Below are positions 31,627 through 33,554 of a stretch of DNA of 33,554 nucleotides, piece by piece. Both the position numbers and the translations under genes were made by a program. The stretch covers positions 1-33,554 of the forward strand of contig JAADVB010000209.1 of NCBI GenBank assembly GCA_023334545.1. The letters run 5' to 3'. The notes beneath the pieces are model-generated. The model was given only the letters and a program-made list of their open reading frames with translations, was not told where the DNA came from and searched no databases. This DNA is from Salisapilia sapeloensis CBS 127946 (Eukaryota > Protista > Oomycota). Positions within the stretch are counted from its first letter, which is position 1; each line of letters starts with the position of its first letter.

Positions 31627-31850
31627 ATGCAGGTACATCTTTCTACCTTGTTTCTCTTCTATATCTACTAAGAGCTCTGTAGCGAGTCCAACTACAAGAA
31701 GTACTCCCCAAGGCTGGACTAGTGTATTCGGAGCGAGGGAGCTTGACAGAAGTGCTGTGTAAGCCCAAGATCCTGCCGATCAAGTCCGCGTCGCTGCTCA
31801 AGATCGAACAGATCGAACGACAGGCGAGAGAAGGAGGAAAGCAGTCGTAG
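31627..31850 (+). CDS. BBIP1: BBSome-interacting protein 1 (BBIP1/BBS18), 57 aa
   Basis: MQ|RVQLQEVLPKAGLVYSERGSLTEVLCKPKILPIKSASLLKIEQIE matches the BBIP1 signature EVLPKxG...VLCKPKLLPLKSxTLEKLE. A 50-nt intron lies at 31633-31682. Absent from the ORF track. Confidence 0.9.
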
Positions 31851-31895
31851 CATAACGAAAGAAAAAAGCTCTTTTCTCGTTTCTAGTCCACTTGT

Positions 31896-32961
31896 CTACA
31901 TGCCTCCGCCGAGCATGTCCAGTAGAGAGCTCAGTCCGTTGCGAGGGGGCTGGAGGCCGAAGAACTTTTGACCGATGAGACTCATGTACTTGTCGAGAGA
32001 CTGGTCTCGCGCCAATGCGTTCGCATACTTTTCCTTGAGCATTTGGAAGAGGGGCAATGCATCCCTCTAGTACACATACAATAAGTCATGAAGTCTATAG
32101 CTACTTATCTAGAGAGAATGTACCTCTAACGTCAAGAGGAGGAAGCGGAGGAAGTGGAAGAGAGGAGTGTCCGTCGAGACCTTGGCTTCCTTACACTTGT
32201 CCACGTACCTCTCGTACACTTTATTCGCGTCTCTTAGATTCTCCAAGCTCAAGAGTCTACACAATCCACATCAACATCTCTTCGACTCTATCGTACTAGA
32301 CAACGTACTGGAGAGTCGCACGCGTAATGTAGAGCTCGTTTTCACTCGGATACCCCGTCCTCGACCAGTCGAAGAGCATGTCGGCAAACTCCATCGGTTT
32401 CTCTGCATGCAGATAGTGCTTGGCAGAGTGAGAATAGTCCTCTGCTTGGCGATACGCCTGCGCTAGCAGCAACTGGAGCTCCGGATCGCCTCGCTTCCGA
32501 CTGCCTTCCGCACTCGACCATGCCACTGCAGACTTAAGGAATACAGCCAAGTCGGATGCAAACTGCGGTTTCGCTTGGAACGCATTCGAGATCTTGCGAA
32601 TACGATCTTTACGATCGTCTGCGACTTGATGGTGAAAGTCCGTGTAGATGGACACGAGCAGCTTGGCCATCTCCGTCGCAGCAGTCGACTGGTCGTGCTG
32701 GACCAGCAGGACAGAGGCTTCCAGTGCCAGATCCGCCGCTTTCTCTTGAGACTCGTACGAAGGCGGCTCGCCATCGTCACCGACCTTGAGATACCGCATG
32801 AACAAAGTCTTGTACATCTGGAGGGCTCCGTAGTAGTCTCCATCCTCCAACTGCTTCTCTAGTTTCTTGGAAACGTTATCCACGCCGGTCTGTGCCGGAG
32901 CAGCCGAGTCGCTCGTGGCTCGAGCCCCTGCAGCTCGTCTCGCTCGCTCACGTCGATTCAT
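31896..32961 (-). CDS. GET4: Golgi-to-ER traffic protein 4 (GET4/TRC35), 318 aa
   Basis: GDYYGALQMYKTLFMRY, AVAWS...GDPELQLLLA, GYPSENELYITRATLQ|LLSLENLRDA, TPLFHFLRFLLLTLE|RDALPLFQMLKEKY and IGQKFFG. Introns at 32257-32308 and 32067-32123. Confidence 0.92.
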
Positions 32962-33320
32962 CTTCGACCTCGTCCGCTTCGATGTTTATTCCGGTATCCG
33001 CCACATACGAATTCCTAGTGTAATCCACTACCAGGAGTTTACTATGCTTTATACAATCATCGAGATGGAACTACATGCACCTTGATCATCTTTCTCCATT
33101 GCTTGGGCATTTAAAAAACCTGTAGCAAGATATAAGTATACAATTACATTGATATAGATGTAGGAACTAGTTGTATGTATTCATCGGCGAGAGAAGATAG
33201 ATTCCTAGTCTAGAAGTTTCGTTGAAGTGCTTTGTCTGCTATCGTTCCCGAAATACATTGCTAGAAGTTGTGTTTCCATCGTATTATCCTTCTGTACGAG
33301 AGATTAGAAGCATACGTGCT

Positions 33321-33554
33321 ATGGTTGAGTCTCCAGACCGAGATCATAGTCAATGGTACATTGGAATCGCTCTATCGCTTCTTGGTAGCGTCACTAGCAA
33401 CTTGGGTGTAAACGTCCAAAAGTACTCGTTCATGCGAGAAGCAAAGCGGAGGGCGGTCGATCGTAGACACTACGTCAAACAGCCGCTATGGGCTCTTGGT
33501 AGCACAGCACAGTATCCAGAGTATCTCGACAGAAACCTCTCATTCGTACCCATG
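33321..33554 (+). CDS. NIPA-like magnesium transporter (DMT superfamily), 5' part, runs off the window
   Basis: WYIGIALSLLGSVTSNLGVNVQKYS...YVKQPLWALG is NIPA-type TM1 plus the PxWxxG motif. Probable donor at 33499. Confidence 0.75.
   Translation, partial: MVESPDRDHSQWYIGIALSLLGSVTSNLGVNVQKYSFMREAKRRAVDRRHYVKQPLWALGSTAQYPEYLDRNLSFVPM

Noticed and set aside
622-32961. Non-standard genetic code or stop read-through suggested by truncated ORFs in conserved genes
   Set aside because: Every premature end in the ORF track is resolved by an ordinary GT-AG intron that restores the conserved sequence.
33187-33205. U6 snRNA-like GAGAGAAGAT string
   Set aside because: Only a short partial match to the ACAGAGA box region, and the flanks do not resemble U6.

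Overview
Eukaryotic nuclear DNA, most likely from a flagellated oomycete (stramenopile). This rests on GT-AG introns with GTACGT/GTAAGT-type donors, an oomycete-style secreted phosphoesterase, bZIP and TCTP, and a BBSome subunit; the species cannot be determined. The window is a very compact housekeeping block: 26 complete gene models, one partial gene at the right edge and a possible gene tail at the left edge. I modelled 31 introns by hand; 28 are 50-68 nt. Many genes form head-to-head pairs with 87-283 bp spacers and tail-to-tail pairs with 31-115 bp spacers. Recognisable products: RRP41, a WDR59-like protein, an FYV7/CCDC59-like protein, mitochondrial ACP, CBP3/UQCC1, CMC2, TIM13, RPS21, PFDN2, SAS10/UTP3, NDUFA5, LSM1, NUP50, a purple-acid-phosphatase-like enzyme, TCTP, a bZIP factor, POL5/MYBBP1A, ESF1, BBIP1, GET4 and a NIPA-type transporter. 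I found no tRNA, rRNA, CRISPR array or intact transposon, and nothing that amounts to a clear new multi-gene system. The leads most worth checking are: a WDR59 lacking its WD40/RWD half, a CBP3-WW domain fusion, three oversized LSM1 introns that each hold a cryptic unproductive splice site, a 30-bp-phased palindromic repeat array, a Dad2-like kinetochore protein, small spliced genes missed by the ORF track (BBIP1, a Tudor-like protein), a stop-containing NAGNAG acceptor in ESF1, and TAG-dominated stop usage. All homology calls are from motif recognition, not from database searches.
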